Below are positions 25,303 through 38,981 of a stretch of DNA of 64,000 bases, piece after piece; within the stretch, counting starts at the first letter, position 1, and each line of letters opens with the position of its first letter. The stretch is from Octopus sinensis. Lineage: Eukaryota. Position numbers and translations under genes: made by a program. The stretch spans positions 28,644,001 through 28,708,000 of the forward strand of contig NC_043016.1 of the NCBI RefSeq assembly GCF_006345805.1. The letters run 5' to 3'. Under the pieces are notes generated by a model. The model did not search any database, had not been told where the DNA came from, and saw only the letters and a list, made by a program, of their open reading frames with translations.

Positions 25303-26609
25303 ATATGTACAATATTACATTTAATGTATAATATTACATTTAATTGTAGAGTTACACATGTAACTAAAGAATCAAATGTAAACTATAAATTACAGTCTTT
25401 GACTTAATAATTATACTCAGCAACTAATTTATTAGTCCTAGAATTTCAGTTTATATGCACAGTCTTCTTTAAGGTAAACCATCTATTTATATAAACTCTG
25501 TTAGCCAATATTTGCAACAGTGTTGACTGAGGAACCACCTTGGATTTATTTATTTCCTCTTATCTGATATAAGCACAATCATGATGATGATGATGATCAT
25601 CATCATCATCATTGTCCTTGAACATTATTCCTTTCCTACTGGCATAGTTTAGGCAGTTTGACAGGAGTTTGCAAACCTGAGGATTGCACTATTATCTGCT
25701 TTGGCATAGTTTCTATGGCTAAATGCTCTTCCTTATACCAGCCACTTTCACCAACAAAATTACCAAGTAACTTGCAAAACAAGAACCCTTCAACTAAGTT
25801 GGGGGTATAATGTTGAAGGAGGTGGCTTTGTGCCTGGTGATGCGGTTAGGGTATGATAGAGGGAGAGAACCAGGAAATATGGCTTCTCCATGTCTCCTCT
25901 CTCTCTCTCATATATATATATATACACACATACACACATATGCGTGTGAGGGCAGTGGTGAAGACAGATGGAGAGAGAGAGAAAAGAAAAAGAGAGAGAG
26001 AGAAAGAGAGACAAAGAAATTTAGGGAGAGTTGATGTTTTTATAAAAAGTAGCAGTGGGAGTAATAATAAGAGAGAGAGAAAGAGTGGATATGTGAGAGA
26101 AAGCTGGACTGAACACTCAGCCAGCATGCTGAACTAACATACTGAACACTGATGGTAATGGGGTGATAGTAATAGTATGAGCTGTAGTTGTGAGAGGGGC
26201 GAAGGCGGTGGTGATGGTGGTGGTGGTAGCTGAGGTCCTCAGGGATGAGAGTGAAAGTAAATGATGTGAAAGACAGTAGTGATGATGGTGGAGGGGAAGG
26301 CTGCAAAATCAAAGGTATTGATGGTGACCGCATCAGAAGTCTGAATGGTGTGTGTGTATGGCAGATGTGGTGGCGATGGTGGTGGTACAGTTCTTCATCA
26401 TGCAACTTTGCAATAAGTTCAAAGTTGACAAATTATATCATTTTTTTAATGAAAATTGTTTATTGCTTGAAAAATAGTGTTCAAGTTTAATAAAATTTAA
26501 TATGTATTCAATGCATGAAGTGTCATTGTTGGGCCCAAGGCCTAATGAAGAGTCCTCCACAGGAGCTGGCATAAAAGCCACCCAATGTAGAGTGGATTCT
26601 AAGCTAGTT

Positions 26610-26654
<45 letters not shown>

Positions 26655-27143
26655 AAATATGAAAAACTTACGTAAAATGTTGAAAAAGCTGAAATCACTG
26701 GAACTGGATCCAGTCAGTTAGATATGACTTTTTCCTATACCACAAAAAGGAAACTACTTTTAGCCCTAAAACTCAAAAAGATGTTGACTAAAACCTTTTT
26801 CTGTACAAAAGACTCAATCCAACTTGTGACTCCTTATTTTTCTTTGTTCCCATATGTTTATATAAATTATATATGCTAAGCTTACCTTAAGACGATGTAT
26901 ACCTATACAATTTCTGTTGAACTATAATACAAATCTCTGAAAATTGGTTATATTTTTATTTTTCATACATATAAACACGTAGAATAAACTTATTCTCCAC
27001 TTGTTTTAATTATACGATGTATGTATGTATGCATGCATTCATTCATTCGTTTGTAATTTCTTTTATAAATACATAAACTATATATATATATATATATATA
27101 ATGTATACAGACGCTCAACCATTTATTTCTTATCTTCTGTCAG

Positions 27144-27359
27144 GATGATCTCAACATTGATCTTCAAGAAACACATGCAGCAATAATGGCTGTTCTTGCA
27201 GTTATTGGTGGAATTGGTTTGCTGCCACGCCTAGGAGGTCTTGTTATGCATTATGAATTAAGACTTGGAACAATTGCTAATATCCGTCCTTCTGGCAAAA
27301 TTCAAGTCCAGTTTCCAGAAGTGGGACTCAAGATGTGTCGAATGACCGATCTCGTTCCT
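27144..27359 (+). CDS. HERC2: HERC2 exon (MAVLAVIGGI..RLGGLVMH..GKIQVQF..LVP), phase 0-0
   Basis: tgtcag/gtaagc; matches recalled LMAVLAVIGGIDGRLRLGGQVMH. Confidence 0.95.
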
Positions 27360-27525
27360 GTAAGCTATTTTTTATAAAATTTATTGCATTTAAATTAATT
27401 TTGTAACATGTGACTTTTGGGTTCATTTCCATTGTGTGATTCCTTGGGCAACTGTTTTCTACTATAACCTTTGACAGACCACTGCCTTGTGAGAGAATTT
27501 GCTAGACAGTAACTGTGTGGAAGCC

Positions 27526-27564
<39 letters not shown>

Positions 27565-27974
27565 CAGAGTGTCTTTGTGTCTGTGTTTGTCCTGCTTCCA
27601 CCATATCACTTCACAACCAGTGTTGGTTTGTTTGAATTCCTGCAACCTCGCAATTCATCAAGAGACTGACAAAATAAGTACTGGAGTCAAACCTCTTCAA
27701 GGTGGTGCCCCAGCAAGGCTGCAGTCCAATGACTGAAACAGGCAAAAGATAAAAGATGAAAACATTCACGTCACAGGTCTGCCCAAGGTTTTAATGTTTT
27801 TTTAAAAAACCACTTTACCAACAGCAAATCTCTCTTCTTACTACCAATATTGTCCAAGGCAAAGGCAAAGGTCAGCACAGCTTGTTACAAGAGTCCTCTC
27901 AGATGAACACTGAACATAGAAGGCGGAAGCAAATATTGCCTGATATTTTGTCCACTATCACTATATAATGTACT

Positions 27975-28415
27975 TATTTTATGCAGTGCTCAAGTGCAGT
28001 ACAACTCATTAGAGAAGGCAGCCAAAAGTGCATGTACAGTACATACAGCACAGGAAGTGAACATTAAATGAGTTGTTTAGAAATAAAAAAGGAAGAAGGA
28101 CCTCGGGTGTACTGTTAGTGAATTTCAAAGCATGCTAGTTTTGAAGGATGTAGTGTCCTGACAGCTAACAGCTGATGCAGGTTGTTTATTCCATGCTTCG
28201 GCAATTCCAAGTATGAAAATATGTTTCTGAAAATCATGGTTGCTGTGTTGTTTTTTTTGATTTTGTAAGCATGTCCACAGGTGTTAGACATATGGAATTC
28301 AAAAAAGTTCCCCAGTTTGTTGTCTGAAAGATGGTGGATAACCTTGTAGGTGTCTACAAAGTTACTTGCCAGATGTCGGAACTTTACTGGTGATTCTGCC
28401 AAATTCCTTTGTATT
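27975..28415 (-). mobile_element. CR1-like LINE 3' end (further relics ~38400-38765, ~30360-30475)
   Basis: ORF 28115-28402: RHLASNFVDTYKVI..FFEF..NTCGHAYKIKK; same family as 7062-7375. Confidence 0.82.
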
Positions 28416-28722
28416 GAACGAATAACAAATGTTTTCTATTTTGTTTTTTATTAGAAGCACCTATACTAGAGACAACTATATTTTATAACAATGTTGTAAA
28501 AGTAAATGATAGATATGTCAGAAAGAAGTGCAGATGGTGTCCAGTAGATGTAGGTTCTTATTCCATCACCAGACATTTTCAATTTTTGTTTTGTCACTTG
28601 TATTTTCATCAATAATTACTGATTTTCTTCTTTAAAAGATATATGTATATATCAGCTTTATCCAAATAAATTTTTAATATCTTAAATATTCAATTTAATT
28701 TTTATCTTATTTTTTATTGAAG

Positions 28723-28908
28723 GTTCCTCACCTAGAATTTTCTGTGGATAAGTTACCATGACAGAGAATGTCATCAATACTTGGGTCAAATTGGTTAGTT
28801 TAGCTGGGACAGGATTTAAAGTTGAAAAAGAGAGAGAGAGGACATCACTATTCAGTAGTGTCAATAGTGTAGAATCAACTGGAACCAATACAGACAAGAA
28901 GAACTTTG
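28723..28908 (+). CDS. HERC2: HERC2 exon with apparent 1-nt deletion near 28756-28758 (VPHLEFSVDKLP / MTENVINTWVKLVSLAG..KKNF)
   Basis: ttgaag/gtaaat. Both halves match recalled LPAVAFNVNNLP-FTEPMLSVWAQLVNLAG but lie in different frames. Length is 186 nt, whereas phase 0 in and phase 1 out requires 3n+1. Confidence 0.88.
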
Positions 28909-30302
28909 GTAAATATTTCAGTCTTTGAAAAATATATATTTTACTCATGTAGAACAGCAGTTCATATAAACCATGGAAGCAACTGTTTGGATTAGGGTTT
29001 CTTTTTTTTGGGGGGGGGGGGGTATGTTGTTATTACTGCTGTTAGCTGACAGTTTTTTTTAAGTAAGAACTGTGGGACTGAAGCAGCTGAAGGGATATTT
29101 CAGTAGTTTAGAAGTGATGATGTGTTCGATATATGTCATTCTTTACTCCGTTCTGGTACTAGTGTGGTAAATTCTGTTGTGAAGCAATCAAGATACACTG
29201 TTTCTGTTGTTATTCAGCTGGCAGGAGTAGAGGGGTCATATCAGAAGATTGGCAAAATAAGCTTCACCAGCTTCTCTTTGAGAAACTTGATTTGTACGTG
29301 TGACTGTGGATTCTGTTGAACTCGGTGAAAGTGGTTGGCAACCAGGACAGAACTAAAATTAAATGTGATTAAGGCAAAAAATTAGAAAATTCCGTTGGTA
29401 TGGAGATGTTATCAGAGAAGGTGAGGTGAAAAGTATTGGAAACAATCAACTTTAATTTACAGAAATTATCCAAGACAATATAGGTATTTGATAAGAAGCC
29501 TGGCAATATGAACTGGTTATATAATAAAAACTAGATAGTGTTGTGAAATAATATTAAATAGATATTAGAATGGTGTATTTTCTGTCAGATATCACCCATT
29601 CTTATTAGATACTTATGCCATCAATAGTGGACATTCACCGTATCAACCTTCTGTGATTCCTTAGTGATTGTTATTCCATCTGGGAAATCTATCTTCATAA
29701 TATCTCTTCATTTTCCTTCAGATCTCTGTGCCTGTTATGTAATGGTTTCAAACATTTCTTTTTTTATTGTTGGCAGTTAAATCAGGTACTCAAATGCAAT
29801 ATTGGTGGGTGATAATAATGAGTGAAGATATAAAATTGCTAATATGTTTATTAAGGGTATAAACACATGGTATATTTTCAAACAGAACTAAGAACATGCA
29901 CAGGGAAAATGATCAATTAATGATAGAGAGAACAGGACCAGTTTCTGATTGAAAACAGAAGACCAATTACTGTTAAAGCTAGAGAAATGTTGTGTCATAG
30001 GTTTTAAGATCATTGTTGTAAAAAGTTTTATGTGGAAACTTTGTTTATGGACTTCTGCTCAGGCTAAACGCATATTGTCCAAAAATTTTGGTCGTTGATG
30101 GTCTTGGACATGAAATTTTAATATAGAAATGTCTTATATTTTGTTGTAATTTTGCCAAAGTAAATCTTTTTTACTCATATCAATGTTGCAACAGAAAATA
30201 GTTTAACTACCTGTTTCTTATTAATTTTAACAATTTAATTTTAACACTAAATTTTATGAATTCTGTCAAAACTTTAAAATTTGACTTCAATTTGAAATCT
30301 TT

Positions 30303-30349
<47 letters not shown>

Positions 30350-30586
30350 AATTATTGTATACAGTGCTCAGGTGCACCACAACTTGTCAGAAAGTGCGTA
30401 TAAAGTATATACAGAAATGTACAAATGTCTGGAAAGCGAACAATGTATGAGTCAGATACATGCTTGTGTGTGTATGGAGGGGAATGAAGCATTTAACTTT
30501 TGATACTTCTCATCAGTTATATTTTAAATATTTTGATAATAAACTGTTTTACCTTTATTGAAATTTTTCTTTCTTTTATTTCAAAG

Positions 30587-30888
30587 GATGTGGTTTAAAT
30601 ACAAAACTTCTACACAAACAACAAATTCGACTGGGTTTGCTAAAAGCAGCAAGAGTACTATTTAGTCGACAGGATAACTTACACAAAGTTTTATCTCAGC
30701 CAGCTGTTCTTGACTTGGGTTTTGCATCTTCACTGGAAACAGGTGTTGGATTCAGTAGCAGTACTGAAGAAGACCTGAACACTTTGCAGCAGGAACCAGC
30801 CACAAACATATCTTTATTACAACATCTGATGGTTGCCGCAACACAACCATCTCCACTTAAAGCAATATTTTCTAGAGAAGAAATGGAG
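30587..30888 (+). CDS. HERC2: HERC2 exon (LLKAARVLFSRQDNLHKVLSQPAV..ATQPSPLKAIFSREEME), phase 1-0
   Basis: tcaaag/gtaaat; matches recalled ILKAGRALLSHQDKLRQILSQPAV..ATQPSPVKAIF. Confidence 0.95.
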
Positions 30889-33417
30889 GTAAATAACTCA
30901 TCCTTTGCTCTTGAACTTTTTTCATGATTGAATTGTAATGACTTCACCATAATTGTTAGTGTTATATTGTTACATCCAGTCAGCCCACAGGTATGGCTGT
31001 GTGGTGAAGAAGTTTCACTTGCAATCATGTCACTTCAGGTTGGATCTCACTGTGTGGCACATTGGACAAGTATCTTCTACCATAGCCTCAGGTTGACTGT
31101 TACCTAGTGTATAGAATTTGGTAGATGAAACTTGTGGACATCCTGTTCATTATTTATAGATTTAATCCATTACCCAAATGAAAACCACTACATGATCTTT
31201 GGTTGTCTTTCACAGAGACCAATCTGTTGGAAGCAGTCAGGCCAGGTCTCTGGTTTGAGAATATCTTCTATTCCTTCCATCAGTTTTGAAGGCTGTAAAA
31301 AGAGTAACAGGTGCTTACAACATTAATCCTTTAGCATTTAAACCAGCCATATCCGGCCAAAAGAATCTACCTGTTTCATCTTCAAACTGGCCAGATCCGG
31401 CCTCTCACACTTACTCTACAAGATTATTATAAAAATAAACAATCAGGTCATTGAAATCTCAAAGCTACAGTATGAATAAATAAGCTTTACATTTGACAGA
31501 GTAATCTGAATGTTTAAGCATTGAAATAATAAAAAGTTAAAATAATAAAGAAGTTACTTGGGATTCGTCCGACCCATACCAGCATGGAAAGCGGACGTTA
31601 AACGATGATGATGATAATGATGATTTGGCATTTCAGAGAGTAGCTTTCTCAACATTTTCAGAACGTAGTCTTCTGTATCTGTTCTCATCAGTGTGCCGCA
31701 CGCCTCAACTGTTCACACTTCTCTTTCTCTCACCTCTCTCTCCTTCCCTCCTTCTTGCTCTCTTTCTTTCTCATATGTGTGATTTTATTGTATACTTAAC
31801 AACTGTTTACATATTTACTGGAGCCTGGTGCAGCTCTCCAGCTGGCCAGTTCCTGTTAAGCCATTCAACTCATGTCAACATCAAAAATGGACATTAGAGG
31901 ATGATTATCATAATGATGACAATATGTATAAGCGTAGGAGTGGCTGTGTGGTAAGTAGCTTGCTTATGAACCACATGGTTCCGGGTTCAGTGCCACTGCA
32001 TGGCACCTTGGGCAAGTGTCTTCTACTATAGCCTCGGGCCAATCAAAGCTTTGTGAGTGGATTTGGTAGACAGAAACTGAAAGAAGCCCGTCGTATGTGT
32101 GTGTGTGTGTGTTTGTCCCCCCAACATTACTTGACAACTGATGCTGGTATGTTTTCATCCCTGTAACTTAGCAGTTCGGCAAAAGAGACTGCTAGAATAA
32201 GTACTAGGCTTACAAAGAATAAGACCTGGGATCAATTTGCTCGACTAAAGGCAGTGCTCCAGCATGGCCTCAGTCAAATGACTGAAACTAGTAAAGGAAT
32301 AAAAGAGTATATGTATTTCTGTAGTTTTTGCCCAGTGTGCTAATGGTTCTGCCAGCCTTAGTATAATAATAATAATAATGATAATAGACAATACGAAGAG
32401 CATAATGTGATTGCAATAGATATTTTATTGGCTGAATGATATTTTGATAGTTTGCCTATCTTTGTCGAGTTCAAAATGTTGAATTTCTATAATTTTGAAT
32501 TTCGATGTAGCACTTTTCATTTTGAACCAACAAAGACAAGCAAGCTGTTGAAATATCGCTCAACCACTAAAATATCTATTGCAATTGCATCGTGCTCTTT
32601 GTATTGTCTATATACTTTTGTGAAGAGCTATGTCAATCCTTTAAAATCTAATAATGATTAAAAAAAGGGTGGTAAGCTGGCAGAACTATTAGTAAGCCAG
32701 ACAAAATGCTTATCAGCATTTATGTTCTTTATGTTCTGAGTCCAAATTCCACTAAGGTTGACTTTCATCCTTTCATGGTCAATAAAAGAACTACCAGTCA
32801 ACTTCTAGGGTTGATGTATTTGACCTCTCTCTCCCTTCAAAAACTGCTAGCTTTATGTCAAAATTTGAAACTACTACTGCTACTACTTTAGTAGTTATGG
32901 TGTTGCACTCATGATCACAAGATTGTGGTTTCAATTCCTAGACCGGGCAGTGGATTCTATTCTTGAGCAAAGCACTTTATTTTATGTTTCTCTGCAATTA
33001 CTGCAACACCTAACTCATGGTACATTGTGCACCAGTTCAGGTAATGTTGATTTGATGGAGTGAGGTGAGCTAATGTACAGCACATACATTTGATCACCAT
33101 AAACAACTCATTTGTGCAGGTCATTCGACAAAAGCTGACCACTCATAATGTCATTTTCAATGGGAGAGTCCACTATTACTACTACTATTATCACCACCAC
33201 CACTTTGCCTTTCGTCCTTTCAAGGTTAATAAAATAAGTATCAGTTGAGTACTGACCTTGCTTTGATAGTTTGCCTATCATCCCTCCCCTCATTATGTTA
33301 AACCAGTTTACATGCTACAACAACAACACACTCGCACACATTCTTTGTTTTGTCCTCTACTGCCCAAAATGTTTTTCATAATGTAAACTCTTTGTGGTTA
33401 ATAAAGAAATCATCATC

Positions 33418-33449
<32 letters not shown>

Positions 33450-33691
33450 CAATTATTATTTGTCACGAGAAAATGCTTAGTAGCATTTCACCTGTCTTTG
33501 TTCTGAGTTCAAATTCTGCTTACTGACGTTGGCTTTGCCTTTCATTCTTTCGGGGTCAACCAAACAAGCACCAGTTGAGCACTGGGGTCAATGTAATTGA
33601 CTTAGCCCCACCCCCGAACATGCAGGACTTGTACCAAAATTTGAAATCGTCATCATCATCATCATTGTTGTTGTTGTTGCTGTTGTTGTTG

Positions 33692-33726
<35 letters not shown>

Positions 33727-33737
33727 TTCTGTTGCAG

Positions 33738-33999
33738 GCTGCAGCAATGGCTGTTTGTCAGTACTTAACAGCTGTATCCGGACAGCCACAAGATGTCTTT
33801 GACTCCAGTTCTGACAGCGAAGATATTGTGCCTTACCTAGTCAATTCTGCATCAGTGTCTCAGGTATCTCCAAACCGTACCCCTAAGTCCAAAAGAGTAC
33901 GACAAAGTTCACTGCAGCAGCCTTTGCCTCCTGTGGTGTTCCAGTTGCAAGAAATGGGTTTCCCCCGAAAGAATGTAGAACATGCCATTAAAGCTCTTG
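33738..33999 (+). CDS. HERC2: HERC2 exon, N-part of UBA-like domain (AAAMAVCQYL..QLQEMGFPRKNVEHAIKAL), phase 0-1
   Basis: ttgcag/gtaagt; MGF motif, recalled QLMEMGFSRRNIEFALKSL. Confidence 0.95.
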
Positions 34000-35703
34000 G
34001 TAAGTCAAAAATATACATTGATGACAATTCACATTAAAATTTAATGGGTTTAATTGTTAATTAACTCCACAACTAATTTTATATTTCTATACTGTTTCTT
34101 TACTGGATCACATATGTAATTTGTTCAAATTCCAATGTCGGCTTTGGTATGGTTTCTGTGGGCAGGATGCGCTTACTAATGCCATCTGCTTTACAGTGTG
34201 TACTGAGTACTTTTGCATGGCAATGCCACCAGTGAGTTACCTGCTGACCTCACTGGTGCTAGTTCCACATAAAAAAAAGTCAGTAGATTCTGTAAAATGT
34301 TCAGTGTTAGGAAGAGCATCGAGTCATATTGACCTTACCAAAGCAGATGAAGTTTGGTACAGTCCTTTAGCTCACCAGCTCCTGTTGACCTGTACAGCCC
34401 ATGCCAGTATGGAAAATTGACTTTAAATGATAATGTTGATGTACATTAAACCTGGTGATTATTTCTGGAGATCAGTTCATAGATACAGGTATGACTGTGT
34501 GGGTTCAGAAGTTTGATCTGGAATCACCTCATGATTAAGGGGTTAGGTCCCACTGCATGGACACTGTTAGCTACAGAATTCTACTGGTGATGCAGGTTGG
34601 AAAAAGCTTGAATGGGTGTATGTGATTGAGTGTGAATTCCTCTTGTCTTAACATGTGCACACTGATTGTAAACAAAAGCATAATTTTTCATTCAAACAGT
34701 GTTATTATTTGCTTGTAGTTCTCTCTGAAAGCATGTCCAAGCTGGGTGTTGATCTTTAGATTGGGGTCGTATTACTTTGCTTGAAAACAGTTGAGTGTTG
34801 TTCTCTGATAGGTTGCTATTATAGAATCAGAGATGGTTGTCTCTAGTGGATTACTATTTGTCAAGTTTTGTAATTTGTTTATTTCATAAGCACAGGTATA
34901 GGAACAGTTGTAAACTGCGAATTTATATCTCATAGCAGAACAATAACCAACAGCAGAATGTATGAGAAGGGGTAATATCAGCTGTAATCATGTAGCAATG
35001 GAATCAGTTGTGTCCCCGTTTATTTTAATAGCAATATATATATATATATATAAAATAAAAACATTCACATAAAACTTGTGCATACCATGTGATTGGCAGC
35101 TTTTACTTATTTAAACAAATGTTTAGCATTTGTTATATATTCATAAGGAGTTCAATACATGACACTATCAAAAGGGTGAAATATGAATTCCTCATCATTG
35201 TTTAGCACCAACTATTCTATGCTTCCATGACTCAGATGGACTTCACCGAGACAGATTTTTCTACAGCTCGATGCCCTTCTGATTGCCAACCCTCCCCTGA
35301 TTCCAAGCAAAGTAATATTTTCTTTAGTCCTTCATACATGAACAGCCGAATATTGGACATGTTTTTCATGGAAGATTACAAACATGTGACACTTGCTAAA
35401 TGACAGTGCCATTTGTTTACCACCAGAACACAACCTCAAGAGAAAGAGAAATAATTACACACATACACATCATACATGCATATCAAACTTTTACAAGAAA
35501 AGAGATGACAGTAACTTCGAAGTTTCAGCCTGACAGTGCAGTGAAGTTGAGCAGTTCAAAACTTTGCAGTCAGTGTCATTCTTTTTCTTGTAAAAATTTA
35601 CTAAACATGTATTCTACAAAAAAAAAAAAAAAAAAAGACTAATTATACAGTTTAATGTTAAGTTGTTTTTATATATAACTTAAAAGGAAAACAAACGTTA
35701 ATA

Positions 35704-35738
<35 letters not shown>

Positions 35739-35877
35739 GGGCTTCTTTCAGTTTCTGTGTGCCAGACCCTCTCACAAAGCTTTGCTTCACCTGAAGATAG
35801 AGTAGAAAATACTCAGTGCCATGCAACATCTTAATCACGCAAGCATACCTCTGCATGTATGCCTTATGCAACCACAA

Positions 35878-35918
<41 letters not shown>

Positions 35919-36310
35919 CACACACACACCAGCATGGCCGTAAAGACAAAATAATGATTTAATTACCCTTCTGTCTATCTCACTCTCTTTATGTATGTAT
36001 GTATGTATGTATGTATGTATGTGTGTATATATATATATATATTTATAGTTAATTCAAGGAAGTTATGTCCTCATTAGGGATTATATAGTCCAAGGTATTC
36101 CACTGGCTAATCCCTATTATATAATGCGAAAGGCATTGGTATATGTTAGGGATTATTGAAGGTATACATTATCAATATTAAGGGAAAAAAGAAAGTGGAG
36201 AAATGACGAATGTATGAATAATTTATTTGTATGTTATAAAGTGATGAAAATTTCTTTTTAAAACACAGTACAAATAAATTGATTACAAGTTGTAAAACTC
36301 AAAAAATAAA

Positions 36311-36883
36311 TATGTGTTTCAGTCCTATCACCTAGTTAATCATAAATTCCAAGCATTGGGTTAAAACTGTTATAATGCATATCTAGTAAAATTTATAAAC
36401 GGTTTATAAGTTTTAATAGATACGTATTATAACAGTTATTTTTCAAACTTTCATCTGTCCTCTATTCTGATAATGTCATACATTGCTATTCCTCTCTATC
36501 TTTCCACAACTGTATCTATTACTAAACCAATAAGAAAATCTATGTTTTTAATGTCATTTATTTTAGCTTTTTAGCTTGATTTTATTAAAAAATTTTTATG
36601 CATATTTTATTTATTTATTTTCTAATTTATAGTATATGGTATATTCATGAATATATAGAACCCATCAATTAGATACACTTACTATATATAGCTTTTAACT
36701 TCTTTAACCCACTAATATTCTGTATGCATCCTTCAAAAGAAAAATGATTACCTAAGTTCCATGAGCTCAGAATTAACCCTGAATAAATCCTACCACCATA
36801 TAGTTGGAATATGATACCTTCCTTAGCATTTAATGCAATACTTGGAATTTCTGATCAACTAGATGATAGGACTGAAACATATA
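36311..36883. mobile_element. MITE-like element with 48-bp TIRs
   Basis: 36311-36358 vs reverse complement of 36836-36883: 43/48 identical; TA at the ends. Confidence 0.7.
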
Positions 36884-37042
36884 TGTAGGTTCCTTTATTT
36901 TATTTTTTTGAGCTTTACAACTTGTAATCAGTTTATTTGTACTGTGTTTTAAAAGGAATTTTCATCATTTTATAACATACAAATAAATTATTCACACATC
37001 CATTATTTTTTCCATTTTTTTCCCCTCTTTCCCCCCACCTCA

Positions 37043-37113
<71 letters not shown>

Positions 37114-37709
37114 TAAATATATTTGTATGTGTGTAATATGTTTGTTTATATGCATATGTTTGCATGTGTGTGTATACGAACAGGTATTCATGTTCCATGC
37201 TTCCTGTTCTGTTTTTCTGTTATGTGTTTATTAACTGTCAGTAATTGTTGTTGTATCAATAAGTTAGTAGATGTTACTCTATTCTGCTTAATCTCTAACA
37301 TTATAAACAAATTTATCTATACAATCCAGGGTAGACTGTGACATATTTTAGATAGCAGTTATGCATGCATGTGCATGTGTACATTTTTATTGTGTATTTA
37401 CATTCAAATACACAATATAACGTGTGTGAGTTCTTGTTGTTGTTTAGCCCCAGGTTAGCCTTAAACGAGTGGATCCACAAATAAAGGCAATCCAGCATTT
37501 ATCACCCATCTTATATTCAGGTATGATGAATCTAGGACTACATTATCAGAGGTGTTCTTCCCTTTTTAAGACAGTTAGGGTTACACTGGCTGTTACTTTT
37601 ATCAGTTCAAGTAATATTGTAAGATATCACACGGTTTTATAATAAGTCATCATGTTCCTGGTGAATAGTGAGATTCAACACAATGACTTGGACATTTATT
37701 CTTAATATG

Positions 37710-37796
37710 TTTTGGTAGATTCAAGTACAAATATACTAATCACTGTTGTGTTCATTAGAACAGCGATTAGCATATTAAGATTTGAATCTACCAGAG
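37710..37796. ncRNA. Pre-miRNA-like hairpin (candidate)
   Basis: ggtagattcaa/ttgaatctacc perfect, then a ~23-bp imperfect stem and an 11-nt loop. Confidence 0.35.
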
Positions 37797-38892
37797 GTTT
37801 TATAGTTTGTAGCAAAGGTAATCATAAAGTTCTGTGTGTTCTAATGAAACGGCTATGAGCATTTTTATTAGGACAGTATATTAGTTTGTGTATGTGTGTG
37901 TGTGAGTGAGAGAGAGGGAGAGAAAGGTGCACCAATTGTTCTGTAGTTTAGAAAAGATATCGTAACTGAATTGGAATCAGCAAGTCATTCAGAAAGGATT
38001 TTTTAAAGCTGTAAGTTTTGACTATCAAAAATATATTCTGGAATTTTTCTCTTCATTTCCTTGGAATCCTTACAACAAATGTAGATCTGTAATGGAACCT
38101 GATTTCTTGAAATGTTATGTCTACAGATGATTATCTGGTAGCAAACAGACTCTTTTTGTTGGAAATGTTGGTTGTGTTAGAAAATGAAGAATGGTTGGAG
38201 AGAAGAACACAAAAGGACTAAACCATAAAAAGAAGTAGGGAAATACTTAAGTAAGACTCCTTAAAATAGGAGATAGTGAAGATGAGAACAGCTGAAGAAA
38301 GATCACAGAGAGAACCAATCTATATTATGTAAGTAAGGGAGGTGAAGATTATAAAGTTGAGTGGTATTAGAACTGACACTATAATGACAATAAGTTTATT
38401 GTATACAGTGCTGACATGCACTACAACTCATCAGAAAAGGATAAAAGAAAGGACAGAAAGCAGACACTTAAACCAAGTACAGAAAGTTAGAAATGGAGGC
38501 TAGAAGTACATACACAGTACACAAAATAAAACACTAAGAAGATAAAAAACTGAATAATAAAATGTCATAAAGAGGAAAGGGTACATAGATAGGTCAGGAG
38601 TAGTGTTGGTGAGTTTCAGGAAGCATAAAATTTTTGAAGGATACAGTGTCCTGATGGCTAAAACTAATGCAGATAGTTTATGCCATTCTTCAATAATTCT
38701 GAGCATGAGGGGAAGTGTTTCTGAAAGTCATGTGTGCTGCGATTGCTTTTAATTAGAAGTGAGAATTCTTTCTGTAAGACAAATGTATTTGATTGGCACA
38801 TCCTATTGTCTAATTCTGGGACTCAATTTATCAATGGTAGTGTGAAGAATCAATCATAAATCTCTGAACGAGGTATAAACAGTAGCTGCATG

Positions 38893-38981
38893 ACAATGTG
38901 AAGTATATTTGTCACTTAAATGTGGCAGCATCCACCCTTAGTGGTTAGCCACATTTAATTAGCAAATATACTTCACAGTGT
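38893..38981. ncRNA. Pre-miRNA-like hairpin (candidate)
   Basis: Arms 38897-38926 and 38948-38977 pair over ~30 bp with one small internal loop; 21-nt terminal loop. Confidence 0.35.

Noticed and set aside
29100-29700. Possible Penelope GIY-YIG relic on the minus strand (VANHF, YYITSSYCQASY)
   Set aside because: Only scattered 4-6-residue resemblances across frames; a profile search would be needed.
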